The notes beneath the pieces are model-generated. The model searched no databases and was not told where the DNA came from. It saw only the letters and a program-made list of their open reading frames with translations. A program made the position numbers and the translations under genes. This document shows positions 1-16,399 of a stretch of 64,000 nucleotides of DNA, one piece after another. Within the stretch, counting starts at the first letter, position 1; each line of letters starts with the position of its first letter. The stretch is from Camelus ferus (lineage: Eukaryota): contig NC_045697.1 in the NCBI RefSeq assembly GCF_009834535.1, forward strand, positions 61,196,001 to 61,260,000, read 5' to 3'.

Positions 1-1124
1 AAATGGTCCATTGCAATTGTCCTAAGTTTGAGCAGATCATTGGGATTTCTAAAATTGACTCTTTATCCTATTGTTTCTTTTTACCTATAAAATAGTGATG
101 CTTTCCTTACCTTGTAAAAATTTTGTAAGGAGTAACTACTAAACTTGTATTACGGAGTTTTAGAAGTCTGTGTGTAGTTTTCATTGCATGCTATAACAAA
201 TACAGAAGGGAGGAGTAAATACTGATATTGTAGAATATCTGAGGATCCTAATGCCAAAGGCAATTAAAAAAGAAATGTCCTTAAAGAGAAAAGTAATTAT
301 GATAATTTAAAAGAGATGTTCAACCCAGTAATTTAAGTTAAAAATCTATAGTCTCCAGATTTAAAAAAAAATGACATTTATAGACGTGTTTAAGCAACAT
401 TATAATCTCATTATAAAAATATTACTAAACATGGTCAACACCTACATTTAAAATAAGGACTTAAAAAAGTAAAATTGTGTTCAGAAGGAAAATGTTTAAC
501 ATTTTGTATTTTATGCCAACAAAAAGGAAACCTAAGGTAATTTAGCAGATATTTCTTCCCAAGTTACTATCTCAAGCAAAAAGCACCAACACATTACAAA
601 TAGAAGTACATATAATCAGGAATGTTAAAATCCTTTGAGAGGTTTGAAAATTCACCCAGTAAATCACCAAAGAAAAGTCAAAGGTTTTATAATGCCTTCT
701 GTTGTGTGTATTTGATGACTGTGTTTCGGCTTGTTTGGGGTGAACAAAGTGGTGCCCTCAAGTTGTATTAATGAGGAGAAAATTGCAACATAGAAAAGAT
801 CAAGGCTTCAATTAAAGTTGACCTGAACAAAGGCAGGAGAACAGTATAGTAGCATGAAAATTTCCTTATATAGCTCTTAACGAAATATTCAGTTAGAAAG
901 ACTTAAAAAATGGAAATTAACCATAAATTACTGCAGTGAAGAATTATGTAATTAACTTTTTTTTTCATTTTCTAGTCAAATTATATACATAAAAGAATAA
1001 CTTTTTAATTTGAATCATAAGAATATCACTGCATTTAGATTTGCAGGATATTTCATTTTATTCTTTTCATAGTTACATTGAGTCATAATTACCAGTAACC
1101 CATTAATTAAATATCAAAAATATT

Positions 1125-5458
<4,334 letters not shown>

Positions 5459-6269
5459 ATCAAAAATATTATTTTTAAACATTGTATTGTACTTATACTA
5501 TATTTTGAAATCTAAAATCTACCGTTCCAGATTACAGATTCTCAGTTCTGATAGACTAAATTAAATCTTACACTTTAGTGAGTTTATAAAATCACCTGAA
5601 CAAATGTTCTAAAAAAGCACAGAAAGAAAACACCTGAGAGAGAAGGCTATAAGGAAAAACAGGGGGAAAAATCATATAAACTGTCAGCATCTAGAAAAAA
5701 TTTTCAGTGTTTTTGACAAGCAGGTCAATGGTGAACACTCACCTTTTGCCTTTGGACTTAAAAATATATACAAGTCAGCAAGTTGGCAGTTCTTAGTGAC
5801 TATGTAATTCAATGAGGAACTAGGAGAAATGCAGTTTCTTGTCTGTTACATTGTGCTTTACCATTCAGAAAATCTTGGGACATTTGAGCCTGACCTTCAT
5901 ACTCTCATTTTTATAGGACCAAAAAAATAAAGAAAATAATCTTGTTTGATTCTTAAAATAATTAATTAATTTTACAGTAATTTAGCAGAGGTAAGAGACT
6001 CTCAGAAATGTAGCTTATTTTATTTAGATATACCTTCGTTTTTCGCCACATAAAAATGTCTACTATCTTGTAACTTACTAGCAATTTTTAACCAAATATT
6101 TAACATAGCAAGCAGAAAAGTCCCCAAAATTGCCAGCTGAAATTTTGTAATAAAAATAAACTAGAAAATCCATACTCTAACTATGCTGAAATCTCTATAC
6201 ATCTTTATTGTCTAAGATAAAAATCTTAGAGGAAAGGCAGAGTAAGTTGAGATGGAAAGTTCTATAGAT

Positions 6270-6565
6270 ATGCTGTATAATATGGCAGCCATGAGTTATT
6301 GAAAATTGAAACATCACTAGTCTAAAATGAGTTCTGCTTAAGTGGAACTACATACTGGATTTGAAGACAGTATGAAAAGAAGACTGTATAAATCTCATAA
6401 ACTATTTTATAGTAATTAAATGTTAAAATTATAATATTTAATATATTGAGTTAAATGATATATATTATTACAATTAATTTCACTTTTTATCAAGAAACTA
6501 GAAAATTTTAAACTACCTATATAGCTTTTATTTGGGCTCAAATTATGTTTCTATTAGGCTGAGTT
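6270..6565 (-). mobile_element. MER33-like hAT-Charlie DNA transposon (copy A)
   Basis: catactggatttgaagac...ttgagttaaatgatatatattattacaattaatttcac...ctagaaaattttaaa...attatgtttctatt resembles the reverse complement of the remembered MER33 consensus. Confidence 0.75.
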
Positions 6566-7699
6566 GTTCTGTAGAATACTTATAGTTCTTTTCATCGTTC
6601 TTTTATTTACCAATTCCTTGCTATTCTAAAAATCCGTATAAATTCAGCAATGAGTGGTCTTAACTTTATCTGTTATTCATCTGTGTTTCCCACTGTGAAC
6701 TCCCAAGGATGAACACTCTGTCTTATTTGCATTTCCAAGAGGTGAGATTGTACTTGCATATAATAGACATGAAATAACACATGTTGAATGAACGTCCCCA
6801 AATCTCATTCCATTTTTTTATTAGGAATGTTATATATTTACTGTCCTTATTTGATTATTTCTGCCTCCCCCTCACTAGAAAGTAACTTCTCTAAAGGCAA
6901 AAATTTGGCTTACTTTGATAATTGCTACTATATGTCTCTATAGTCTAGAAATGTGCCTGACACAAAATGATGCTCAAAAGTGTCTATTGAATGAATGAAA
7001 GTAGATCCCTTGAGAAGGACCAGAAAGAGTGAAGAGTTAGTTCCAGCTGACAAGGTGAACACATTTTTTTTTCCTTCCTTCCTATAATGAGATTTTCAAT
7101 TCCTGAATTATCCTACTTAAGAAGATTGCCCTCTAACTTCTCTTCTTTCTTGACAGCAGCTCCCCCCTCCCCCCATCTTTCTTTTCCAATTGTCTACTCT
7201 CTAACAGAACATCCTAGCCCATGTTTGTCTGTTTTAAGGAGCAGAATATAAATGTCAGTTAAGGCAAAGCACTTTTACAGATTACAAATTTGTTATTCTC
7301 CTGTGAATAGAGTTGTCTCAACTTTGCTCTACCTTGGCTCCATTTCAGGTCAGCTTTTATTTCTTGAACAAAAAGAACTTGTTTTAAGAGAGATTCATAA
7401 TTATCAAACAAGATATTCTTGAAAGAATTTTTGAAGTTCTTGACAAAATGTCATACTTAGGATGATTGGGAGGAAAGCAAGAGTCCTAAATATTGTATTT
7501 ATCACCAATAAGTGAAACTAGACCAAATTAAACAATATATATTCATTTTTGAGACATAAGTTAATCAATTTAATTATGCATTTCTGATATTATAAGTCTC
7601 ACATGAATGGGTAAAGAGGTTTTATTAATTTTCACCATACTGTAGACTCCCTGGATAAGAGACCAAAATCATTTTAAAAAAGAAAGCAGGGTAAAAGCA

Positions 7700-9423
7700 A
7701 TCTACAGACTTAGTGCAATCCCTACCAAATTACCTGTGACATTTTTCACAGAACTAGAACAAACAATCCTAAAATTTATATGGAATAATAAAGACCCAGA
7801 ATTGCCAAAACAATTCTGAGCAAAAAGAACAAAGCTGGAGGCATAACTCTCCCAGACTTCAGACAAAACTACAAAGATACAGTAATCAAAACAGCATGGT
7901 ATTGGCACAAAAAGACATATGGATCAATGAAACAGAACAGAGACCCCCAAAATAAACCCACACACCTATGTCAATTAATTTTGACAAAGGAGTTAAGAAT
8001 ATGCAATGGAAAAAATAGTCTCTTAAGCAAGTGGTGCTGGGAAACTGGACAGCCGCATGTAAATCAATGATGCTACAACACACCCTCACATCATACACAA
8101 AAGTAAACTCAAAATAGCATAAAGACTTAAATATAAGACATGACACCATAAAATTCCTAGAAGAGAACATAGGCAAAATATTCTCTGACACAAATCGTCC
8201 CAGTGTTTTCTAGTTCAGTCTCTCAAGATAATAGAAATAAAATGGGACCTAATCAAACTTACAAGCTTTGTACAGCAAAGGAAACCATAAACAAAACAAA
8301 AAGACAACCTATGAAATGGGAGAAAATATTTGCAAACAATGTGTTGAACAAGGGCTTAATTTCCAAAATATACAAACAGTTTATACAACTCAATAACACA
8401 AAAACAACCCAATCAAAAAAAAATGGGCAATAGACCTAAATAGACATTACTCCCAGGAAGGCATACAGTGGAAGAAAGATAGTCTTTTTAACAAATGATG
8501 CTGGAACAACTGGACATCCACATGCAAAAAAATCTAGAGATAGATCTCATGTCCTTTACAAAAATGAACTCAAAATGGATCACAGACCTACATAAATTTA
8601 AAGCACAAAACTATAAACTCTTTTAAAAACAGAAAGACTTGATTACTTTGTATATGGCTTTGATTTTTTAGAGACAACAAAAAGGCACAATTCATGAAAA
8701 AAATTTGATAAATTAGGCTTCATTAAAATTAAAAACTTTTACTTTTGCTCTGAAAAGACAATGTCAAGAGAGTAAGAAGACAAACTACAGACTGGGAAAT
8801 ATTCACAAAAGATACATCTGAAAAAACACTTTTCCAAAATATACAAAGAACTTCTAAAACTTACAATAAGAAATAAACAATTGAATTAGACAATGGGCCA
8901 AAGACCTTAGTATTTCACCAAAGAAGATATGCAGATGGCAAATACTCATATGAAAAGATGTTCCACATAATTTCTCATCATGGAAATGCTAATTAAAACA
9001 ACAACAAAATGCTATCACACATTTATTAGAATGGTCAGAATATGGAACATTGACAACACTAAATGCTGGCAAGGAACATTAATGAACGCTCATTTATGCT
9101 CATGGGAATGCAAAATGTTAGAGCTACTTTGGAAGATAGTTTGGTGGTTTCTTATGAAATTAAACATATTCTTACCATACGATCCAGCAGTTAAATTCCT
9201 TAGTATTTACCCAAATGAGTTGAAAACTTATGTCCACAAAAAAACCTGCATGCAGATATTTATAGCAGCATTATTCATAATTGCCAAAACTTTGAAGCAA
9301 CCAAGATGTCCTTCAGTAGGTGATGGATAAACTACAGTGCTTCCAGACTATGGAATAGTATTCAGTGCTAAAAAGAAATGAGCTATCAAGCCATGAAAAG
9401 TCATGGAGGAACCTTAAATGCAT
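7700..9423 (+). mobile_element. Two abutting older L1 ORF2 3' fragments (copy A), cut by the gap
   Basis: atctacagacttagtgcaatccctacc...gcatggtattggcac (IYR..AIP / AWYW region). A second fragment restarts near 8470 and encodes MQIFIAALFIIAKTLKQPRCPS. Confidence 0.9.
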
Positions 9424-9523
9424 NNNNNNNNNNNNNNNNNNNNNNNNNNNNNNNNNNNNNNNNNNNNNNNNNNNNNNNNNNNNNNNNNNNNNNNNNNNNN
9501 NNNNNNNNNNNNNNNNNNNNNNN
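9424..9523. other. Assembly gap of exactly 100 N
   Basis: Run of 100 n; a round value conventionally used for gaps of unknown size. Confidence 0.99.
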
Positions 9524-10364
9524 TAAAATTGGGGCAATTAATATTTTATCAACCAACCTCATAATGTTGTTATGATTTTAAAATGAATATATGTATATAT
9601 ACCTAGATCTATAGATAGATGCACACAAGATGCTATCAAAAGCATATATACATGCAAGATGCTATGAAAAAAATTGCTTTACTGTGTTTTACTTTCCAAA
9701 CATAAAATTTATTATTAGTTTTCAACTTCATCAGCTACAATCGCATTACTTTTCTCAGTAGAAGGAGTTCTTGCCTAATTTCTAATTTTAAAATACATTT
9801 AACTCACTCTTTTGATAAAACTATATAAGTGGTTAAATAGGTAGGTAGGTAAATAGACAGATATATGTTCACTTAGATCAATGCCTTTCCCAGAGTGCTC
9901 TATTAAAGACAGTTAACTAAATTTTTATTGGCTTCAGTAGTTGGGTCATTATCTCAATCCCCTAATTATCCCTTTCTCACAATCTTTCTAACAAAAGAAT
10001 GTCTCTACAGCATATATGAAACCGCTATCTGTCCCCCCAAACCTGCTTCCTCTTCTTGCAAGGCACACAACTAACTGCATTTTCTCACTTGTTGTAATTA
10101 GTTTTGGCCAGGTGACTAAGTTCCAACTGATGGTCTGTGAGCAGAAAGCACATCTGACTTTGAGTACTGGTAAAATAAAAAGCCCCCATGCTTGTGCCAC
10201 GTCTTCTGTTTGATAATCTCAAAAGTGAATCTGCATGCAATATATAAAGGATAAAAGTGCAGGTATTACTCTAGGAACCAATTAACTTTCAAGTGTATCA
10301 GCCAAGCTTGCAACGTTATATGAAATGATTACATCATTTTTAAAGCAGTTAAAATTTGAGTACT

Positions 10365-11028
10365 GTATTAGTATTCTCTGAAGAAACAGAACCAGTAAGG
10401 ATTAGATAGATGGTAGATAAATAGATAGATAGATAGATAGATAGATAGACAGATATCCACATATCCACATATAAATAGTTAGATATAAATATCCATATAT
10501 GTCTATACCTTTATATATTTTATAGGAGTTGGCTTATGCAATTATGGAGGCTGAGAAGTCCCGCATCTGATGTCTTCTGGAGAACCAGGAAAGTGGGTGG
10601 TGCAGTGCAGTTCAAGTCTGAAGGCCTGAGAACCAGGGAAGCCAATGGTGTTTAAGTCTCAGTCCAACTCTAAAGGCCCAAGAATAGCGGATGGAAAGAG
10701 AGGGAGAGTGACGATATAAGGCCCAGCACAAATCTGAAGGCCAGAGACCGAAGAGCACCAACGTCAGAGGACAGGAGATGATAGATGTCCCAACTCAAGC
10801 AAAGGGCAAATTTTCTCTTCCTCCACCTTTTTGTTCTATTGAGACTCTTAGTGCATTGGATGATGCCCACCTGCACTGATGAGAGCAATCTTCTTTACTC
10901 AGTCTACAGATTCAAATGCTCATCTCTTCTGGAAGCACCCTCATAGACACAATCGGAAATACTGTTTTACTAGCTTTCTGGGCATATTTTAGCCCTATTC
11001 ATGTTGACATATAAAATTAACCACTGCA
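10365..11028 (-). mobile_element. MLT2-family (ERVL) solo LTR
   Basis: Minus strand begins tgcagtggttaattttatatgtcaac. Contains an internal (GATA)n and the motifs attatggaggctgagaagtccc and ctttactcagtctacagattcaaatgct. Confidence 0.85.
10403..10452 (+). repeat. (GATA)n microsatellite within MLT2
   Basis: tagatagatggtagataaatagatagatagatagatagatagatagacaga. Confidence 0.9.
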
Positions 11029-11299
11029 GATAGTGTATTTTACCAAAGTTTAGATTATCCTAAGTAATGCTATGTGTCATTCTCAGAATAAAAGCTTGCA
11101 ATAACTCCTAACTGGATGTTATATTCCAAAATCAGGATCATTTTTGTTCAGTTGTTTGCCGTATTTTAAGCAAAGCATGGACTAATGAGAATGAACTCAG
11201 ATGTTTAACCAGATAGCTAGTAGACCTAATATAATAAGATATCGAAGAATTGATGACTATCCAACTTGAAGATAATGCTTACAGAGCTCATAACCCTTT

Positions 11300-11700
11300 T
11301 ATTCATTCATTCATTCATCTATTCAAATTTAAATTACTGATTGCCTATAAGTTTTCATTTTCATTTTAATTCCTTGCCCTGGAATTGAAAAGATGATTTA
11401 CAAAAAACATCTGTACCCAAGAGGCAGATAGCATTGTGGGTAGAATAAGACGAAATAAATAATTACAATAAATTATAACGGATAATCTAAGGCATGCAGA
11501 GAACTACAACTTAGTAGAAATAATGGTTAACACAGCCAGGGTTTGAGGTTTGCAGATTTTTGCAGAGGTGATATTTGAGCTGATCCTTGTGGATATGTAA
11601 GAATTTAAGAAAAAACAAGGCCTAGATGGGCAACTGAAACAGAAAAAATAGTACAGAAAAAGCATAACATAGTTTTCTTCAAATATTTTTTAGTGCTGTC
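11300..11700 (-). mobile_element. L2 3' fragment
   Basis: attcattcattcattc tail followed by degraded L2-like purine-rich sequence (gaggtgatatttgagctga). Confidence 0.55.
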
Positions 11701-12227
11701 ACATGGAAGAGAGCACAGAATTGTTTGGTTTTGTTCAGAAATATCAGTAAGGGCATTTTCCATGGGAGGCTGAACAGAGGATGTATAAAGCCCGTCATTT
11801 TCATGGTACTAAAACTGGACTTGATAGATGAACACAAACGGGCTTAGAGGAAAAGCCTGAAAACACCAAAAGTGGTTTCCCTCGATGACAGCTACCAGTC
11901 AAGCAGAAAAGTGAACTTGAACCTGGTCATTCATCAAAGGAGCCAGGCAAATGCTAAATATGGGAGACAGTTTTGTGGAATGAGAATCGAAGAGCACTTT
12001 ATTTAAGAGCAAGATCCACAGCAGATAAAGAGGAGTTGGTCTAGATGAATTCTGGAGGGTGAGGACTAAGGTCTGAGTGGCTTTTAAGCACCACCAGCTA
12101 GAGTTGGGTGAAAAAAATGATCCTCGTAAATGTGCTGTGTAGAGACTTTGGAGAGAGGTTTTCTTTCAAGATAAAAAAGAACTTAAATTTTTAAAATTAT
12201 TTTCCTATTTCTTGCAATATATTCCTA

Positions 12228-12673
12228 TCATGGAGTGGGTTGGAGTTATATCCCTCAAAAAAGATATGCTGGAGCCCTAACTCCGGGTATCTCTGGGTGT
12301 GCCCTTTATTTGGAAGGACCTTTGCAGAGGTAATCAAGTTAAAATGAAGTCATTAGGGTGGATCCTAATCCAACATGACTGGGAGCCTTATAATAAGTGG
12401 GAAATGTGGGCAGAGACAGGCAAACAGGGAGAACTCCACATGAAGATAAAAGCAGAGATTAGAGTAAAGAATCTACAAGCCCAAGAATGCTAAAGATACA
12501 CAGCAAATCACCCTCCGGGAGAGGCATGGAGTAGTCTCCCTCATAGCCCCAGAAGGGAAGCAATTTTGCTGTCACTTTGATTTCGGATATCCAGATTTTA
12601 ATACAATACGTGGCTCTTGTTTACAACACCCAGTTCATGGCATTTTGTTACGGCAACCCAGGAAACTAATACA
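12228..12673 (+). mobile_element. MLT1 (MaLR, MLT1B/C-like) solo LTR
   Basis: tttgcagaggtaatcaagttaaaatgaagtcattagggtgg...ctaatccaacatgactgg; ends ttgttacggcaacccaggaaactaataca. Confidence 0.85.
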
Positions 12674-12799
12674 ATGATAATTTACCGAAAATTTAAACAC
12701 TTGTTACATGCTCTGCTAGGTACTTTCCTCTCATGGTATTTGTTACAATTTCATTAAAGTATATTAAGTACAGCAATTAGCTCATATAAATTTTACAAT

Positions 12800-15050
12800 T
12801 TGTTCAGAATTTTCTGTAAATGGAATCAAACTAGGTACGAATGATTTGAAGATTGATCCTTGCTATTGCATATATCAGTAGTCCGTTTCTGTAATTTTCT
12901 CTTTTTTTCCTTCTTTCTTTTTTCCAATTTCTTTGTCAGATTTTAATATCAAGGTCACAATGGCATCCTAAAAAGAACTGGTCAATCATCTCTCCTCCTT
13001 TATTTTCTGAAAAGATTTGTGGTAAATGTGTGTTATTTATTCTTCATATATTTAGTAAAATTCTCTAGCAAAACCATCTGGACCTTGACATTTTTTTGGA
13101 GATATTCTGACAGCAAATTCAATTTCTTCAATGGATATAGAGCTATTCAGATTTTGTGTGGAGGTTAGTGTCAATTTTGTTAAGTTGTATTTTTCAAGAA
13201 GTATGTCCATTCATCTAAGTTGTCAAACTTGTGGGGCATAAAGTTGTTCATAGTATTCAATCATTGCCTTTCAATTTCTACAGCATCTATAACAATAGCC
13301 TTCTAATATAGGTGATTTGTGTTGCCTCTTTTTCTCTTAGTCTATTTAGGAATTTGTCAATTACACTGATCTTATCAAAACACATCTTTTAGCTTTTCTA
13401 ATTCTTTCTGTTGCCTGTTTTCATTGCATTGATATATGCTCTTCTTTTATTATTTCTTTACTTCCACTTACTTTGGGTTTACTTTGTTTTACTTTTTCTA
13501 ATACCTGAATTTGGAATCATAGATAATTTATTCTAGGTAATTTTTCTTTCCTACATATACATTTAAAGCTCTGAGTTTCCCACCAAGTGTTTCTTAACTG
13601 ATTCAAGTAATATTGACTGGATTTCAACTGTCATTCAGTTAAAAAAAAAACTATTTCTAATTTCCTTTCTGATTTCACCTATAATCCAGAGGGTTCTGTT
13701 TGAACCCATGGATTTACATAGCTGCATTTTTCAGATTGGGGTGGGGGTATTTCCAGATATTTGTGGCAGAGATCTACATATCCTGCTTTAATTTACTCCT
13801 ATTTTGGCCAGAGAATAAAATCTGTATATATTTTATTTTTTAAATTTATTGAGTTTTGTTTTATAGTCTAGCATATAGTAAACCTTAAAAACATTTTTTC
13901 CCCATGGAAAAAGAAGGTGTATTGAGTACACATTATGTTGAATATACTAATGTAATAAACAATATTTCCAGTGGTAAATAGTGCTGTTATTAGTGTCTTA
14001 TTATTCTATCAGTTGTTGATAGAGGGATGTTAATATCTTCTTCTATGTTTTTGAATTGTCTATTTCTTTTAAATCATATCATTTTTATTTTGTGTATTTT
14101 GAGGCTATTTTATTATTTTGAGATACATACACAGTTAGAAATATGTCCTACTGATGACTTAGTCTTTGTTTTCATTATAAATGTCCTACTTACTTCTTGA
14201 GAGTCCATTTTATTGATATTAAGATAGCCACTCCATCTTACTAAGCTTACTGTTTGTATAGTAAACCTCATACTATTACTTCACTTTCAATCTACCTATG
14301 GACTTTATATTTAAAATATTTTTCTTATAGGCTACATGTAGAGTGCAGTTTTTGCATTTTAATCATCTCTGGTTCTTGGGTGCTTAGGGCAATTCACATT
14401 TAATGTAATTATTGATATGGCTGGATATAGTCCATATGGGTTGATACAGCCTCATTATTGCTTGTTTTTTGTTTATCCCCTCTGATTTTTGCTGCTCTGT
14501 TTTTACCTTTTATCTCTTCTTTTGGATTTTATTTGATCTTTATATTTAAGGTAATATTGGATTTTGGCTATATATCTTTACATAATTTTTTTACCACTAT
14601 AGGAATTAAAATACACATATTCAAGTATTCACAGTCATCTCAAAATAAGGTTGCACTACTTCAATAAAATACAGAATGTTTGCAACCAGATAGGTCTCTT
14701 TATACCCCCCACTAAGCCTTATCTTACGGTTGTTAAATCTTTACATCTACGTATATTGAAAGTCCCATTGTACCTTGTTATACTTTTTGCTGTCATCATG
14801 TGTTTATATTTTAAATAAAAATAAAAATAGTCTATTATGTTTAATTAAATATTTATCATTTCTACTCTCTCTTCATTCTTAAAGAGCCAGATTCCCTCTG
14901 GTATCATTTTCCTTCAACCTGAAGAGATTTCTTTAACATTTCTTATAGAGTAGGTTTTGCTAGTAACAGATGCTCTTACTTTTCATTCATCTCAGAATAC
15001 CTTTCTTCATTCCCTTAATATCTTCATTTTCCTTATGTGCTCAATGTCTC
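12800..15050 (-). mobile_element. Ancient L1M remnant (antisense)
   Basis: T-rich; contains aaaccatctggacc, tcatctaagttgtcaaa, gatagccactcca and tatcattttccttcaacctgaaga motifs typical of old antisense L1. Confidence 0.75.
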
Positions 15051-15106
15051 CTAATCGTTTTCTTTCCTCTACAATCTGATAATATTTGTTTGCTTTGATC
15101 AGAAAC

Positions 15107-15700
15107 AATCCTCAGGTCGGGAGGCTGAAACTGGTGGGGTGCAGGTGATCTGCAGCAGGATCTGCATCTCCACGAGGAAGGTGTCAATGGGGGTGTCCCG
15201 GAAGAGCTTGAAGAAAAGGTAACTCCAGGCATGACGCCTGATGGAGTGCAGGGGCTGGGAGGCACAGCAGCAGTTTTGGCAAACCTGCCTGGTTGTTCCA
15301 GGTACTTCTGCTTGGTGTAGCCTCAAGAATGGCATAAATTTTCTCTCCAAGAGCCTCTGGGGGTTGGACAGACCCTCGGCATCTGGGTTAAACAGCATGA
15401 TGGCTCGCAGGCTTCCCAGCTCCATTGCATCATCTGCTTCATTTTGAACACCAGCTCAGTCGAACTCTGACAAAGATGGAGCCTGCCTCAGCACTTTGGA
15501 CACTGCTCAGGGTGAATGTAATAAACGCATGGCCAGAAGGATGCCATCCTGCCCACAGAAGCCAGTAGGGAGAAGACAGAGGACAGCCAGCATCCACTCT
15601 ACCCTGTCTGGAACAAAATGACATGGACCTCCAAGGTGAGGTCAGAGATGGGAAACGGCAGTTGGTCCATTCAAAGAGAGGGGGTAAGTGGCTTATCAGC
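15107..15700 (-). pseudogene. RXRG: Processed pseudogene fragment of retinoid X receptor gamma (LBD, C-terminus and start of 3'UTR)
   Basis: Minus strand gives degraded ADK..EW..SDLTLE.HVIL, QDGILLA, GSIF.RV, ELGSLRAIMLFNPDAEGLSNP and FFKL..DTPIDTFLVEM...LQIT. SDLTLE and LQIT distinguish RXRG from RXRA/RXRB. It is intronless over ~200 codons that are multi-exonic in RXR genes, frameshifted, and the stop is mutated (tgc, 15141-15143). Confidence 0.92.
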
Positions 15701-16253
15701 TTTTTCTTTTCCCCCCAACACAGGGCTTTATTGTACCTTTAAAACATTACAACAGAATCATCCAGCATCTTACTGTTTTTGTAGCTGGACACACTTAGGT
15801 CGAAAAATCATCAGCATGCTAACTGTTCCATTTTCAGAAACATAAATACCATCCCAAATGTTTCGGCTATCTGTGTTTTTAACTGTTGGGGCTTGCTAAA
15901 TCAAAGCCGCTGAATTTGATACAAGGTCAATGTTGTGTCCTTCAGAGAATTAACTCATTTTTTCTGGCACTTGAGATACTCAACAAGCCACGCTTGGCCT
16001 CATTTGAACCTTGCAGATGTATCCTTTTCCACCCAAGAAATTTCACATTTCAACAAGAGCTCCATTCTTCTGAATAATGACGCTGATGGGGAAGTGAGTA
16101 CACACAATCTCATCTTAAAATGGGAGCCCATTGTAACGCCCCTGACCACGTTCTGAGCATGGCTACAAGGCAGTGCAAAAAGGTGGCCCATTCCTTTCTA
16201 TTTCTCCACGATTTGGTAACTCAGAGCCTCTTCTTTTTCTTTCCAAGGAAACT
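15701..16253 (-). pseudogene. RPL9: 5'-truncated processed pseudogene of 60S ribosomal protein L9
   Basis: SFLGKKKKRL, CSHAQNVVRGVTMG, VSNSAALI and DGIYVSE-like segments; intronless and degraded. AATAAA at 15727-15732 (minus strand) and an A-rich tail at 15701-15710. Confidence 0.93.
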
Positions 16254-16399
16254 TTTTTGTATTTTATCCAAAGATTTATTTGTAAGCAAAAGACACTGCA
16301 GTGACTTTATGCAGCCATGGCATATCTGTAACTCTGTATAACTATATAAGAGTGATTGCAGTGATGAAAGTGTGGGTTTCAGATATGGAAAAAGGCCTG

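Noticed and set aside
9313..9575. ORFs spanning the N run
   Set aside because: Artefacts of translating through the gap.
15099..15425. Functional truncated nuclear receptor CDS (108 aa)
   Set aside because: Only short stretches are in the RXRG frame; there are several frameshifts, the stop is lost and no promoter is evident.
16275..16310. Inverted 5' arm of RPL9 (weak likeness to ...ctgcggagggacttcaat)
   Set aside because: The similarity is too weak, and it overlaps the better-supported TSD-like string.
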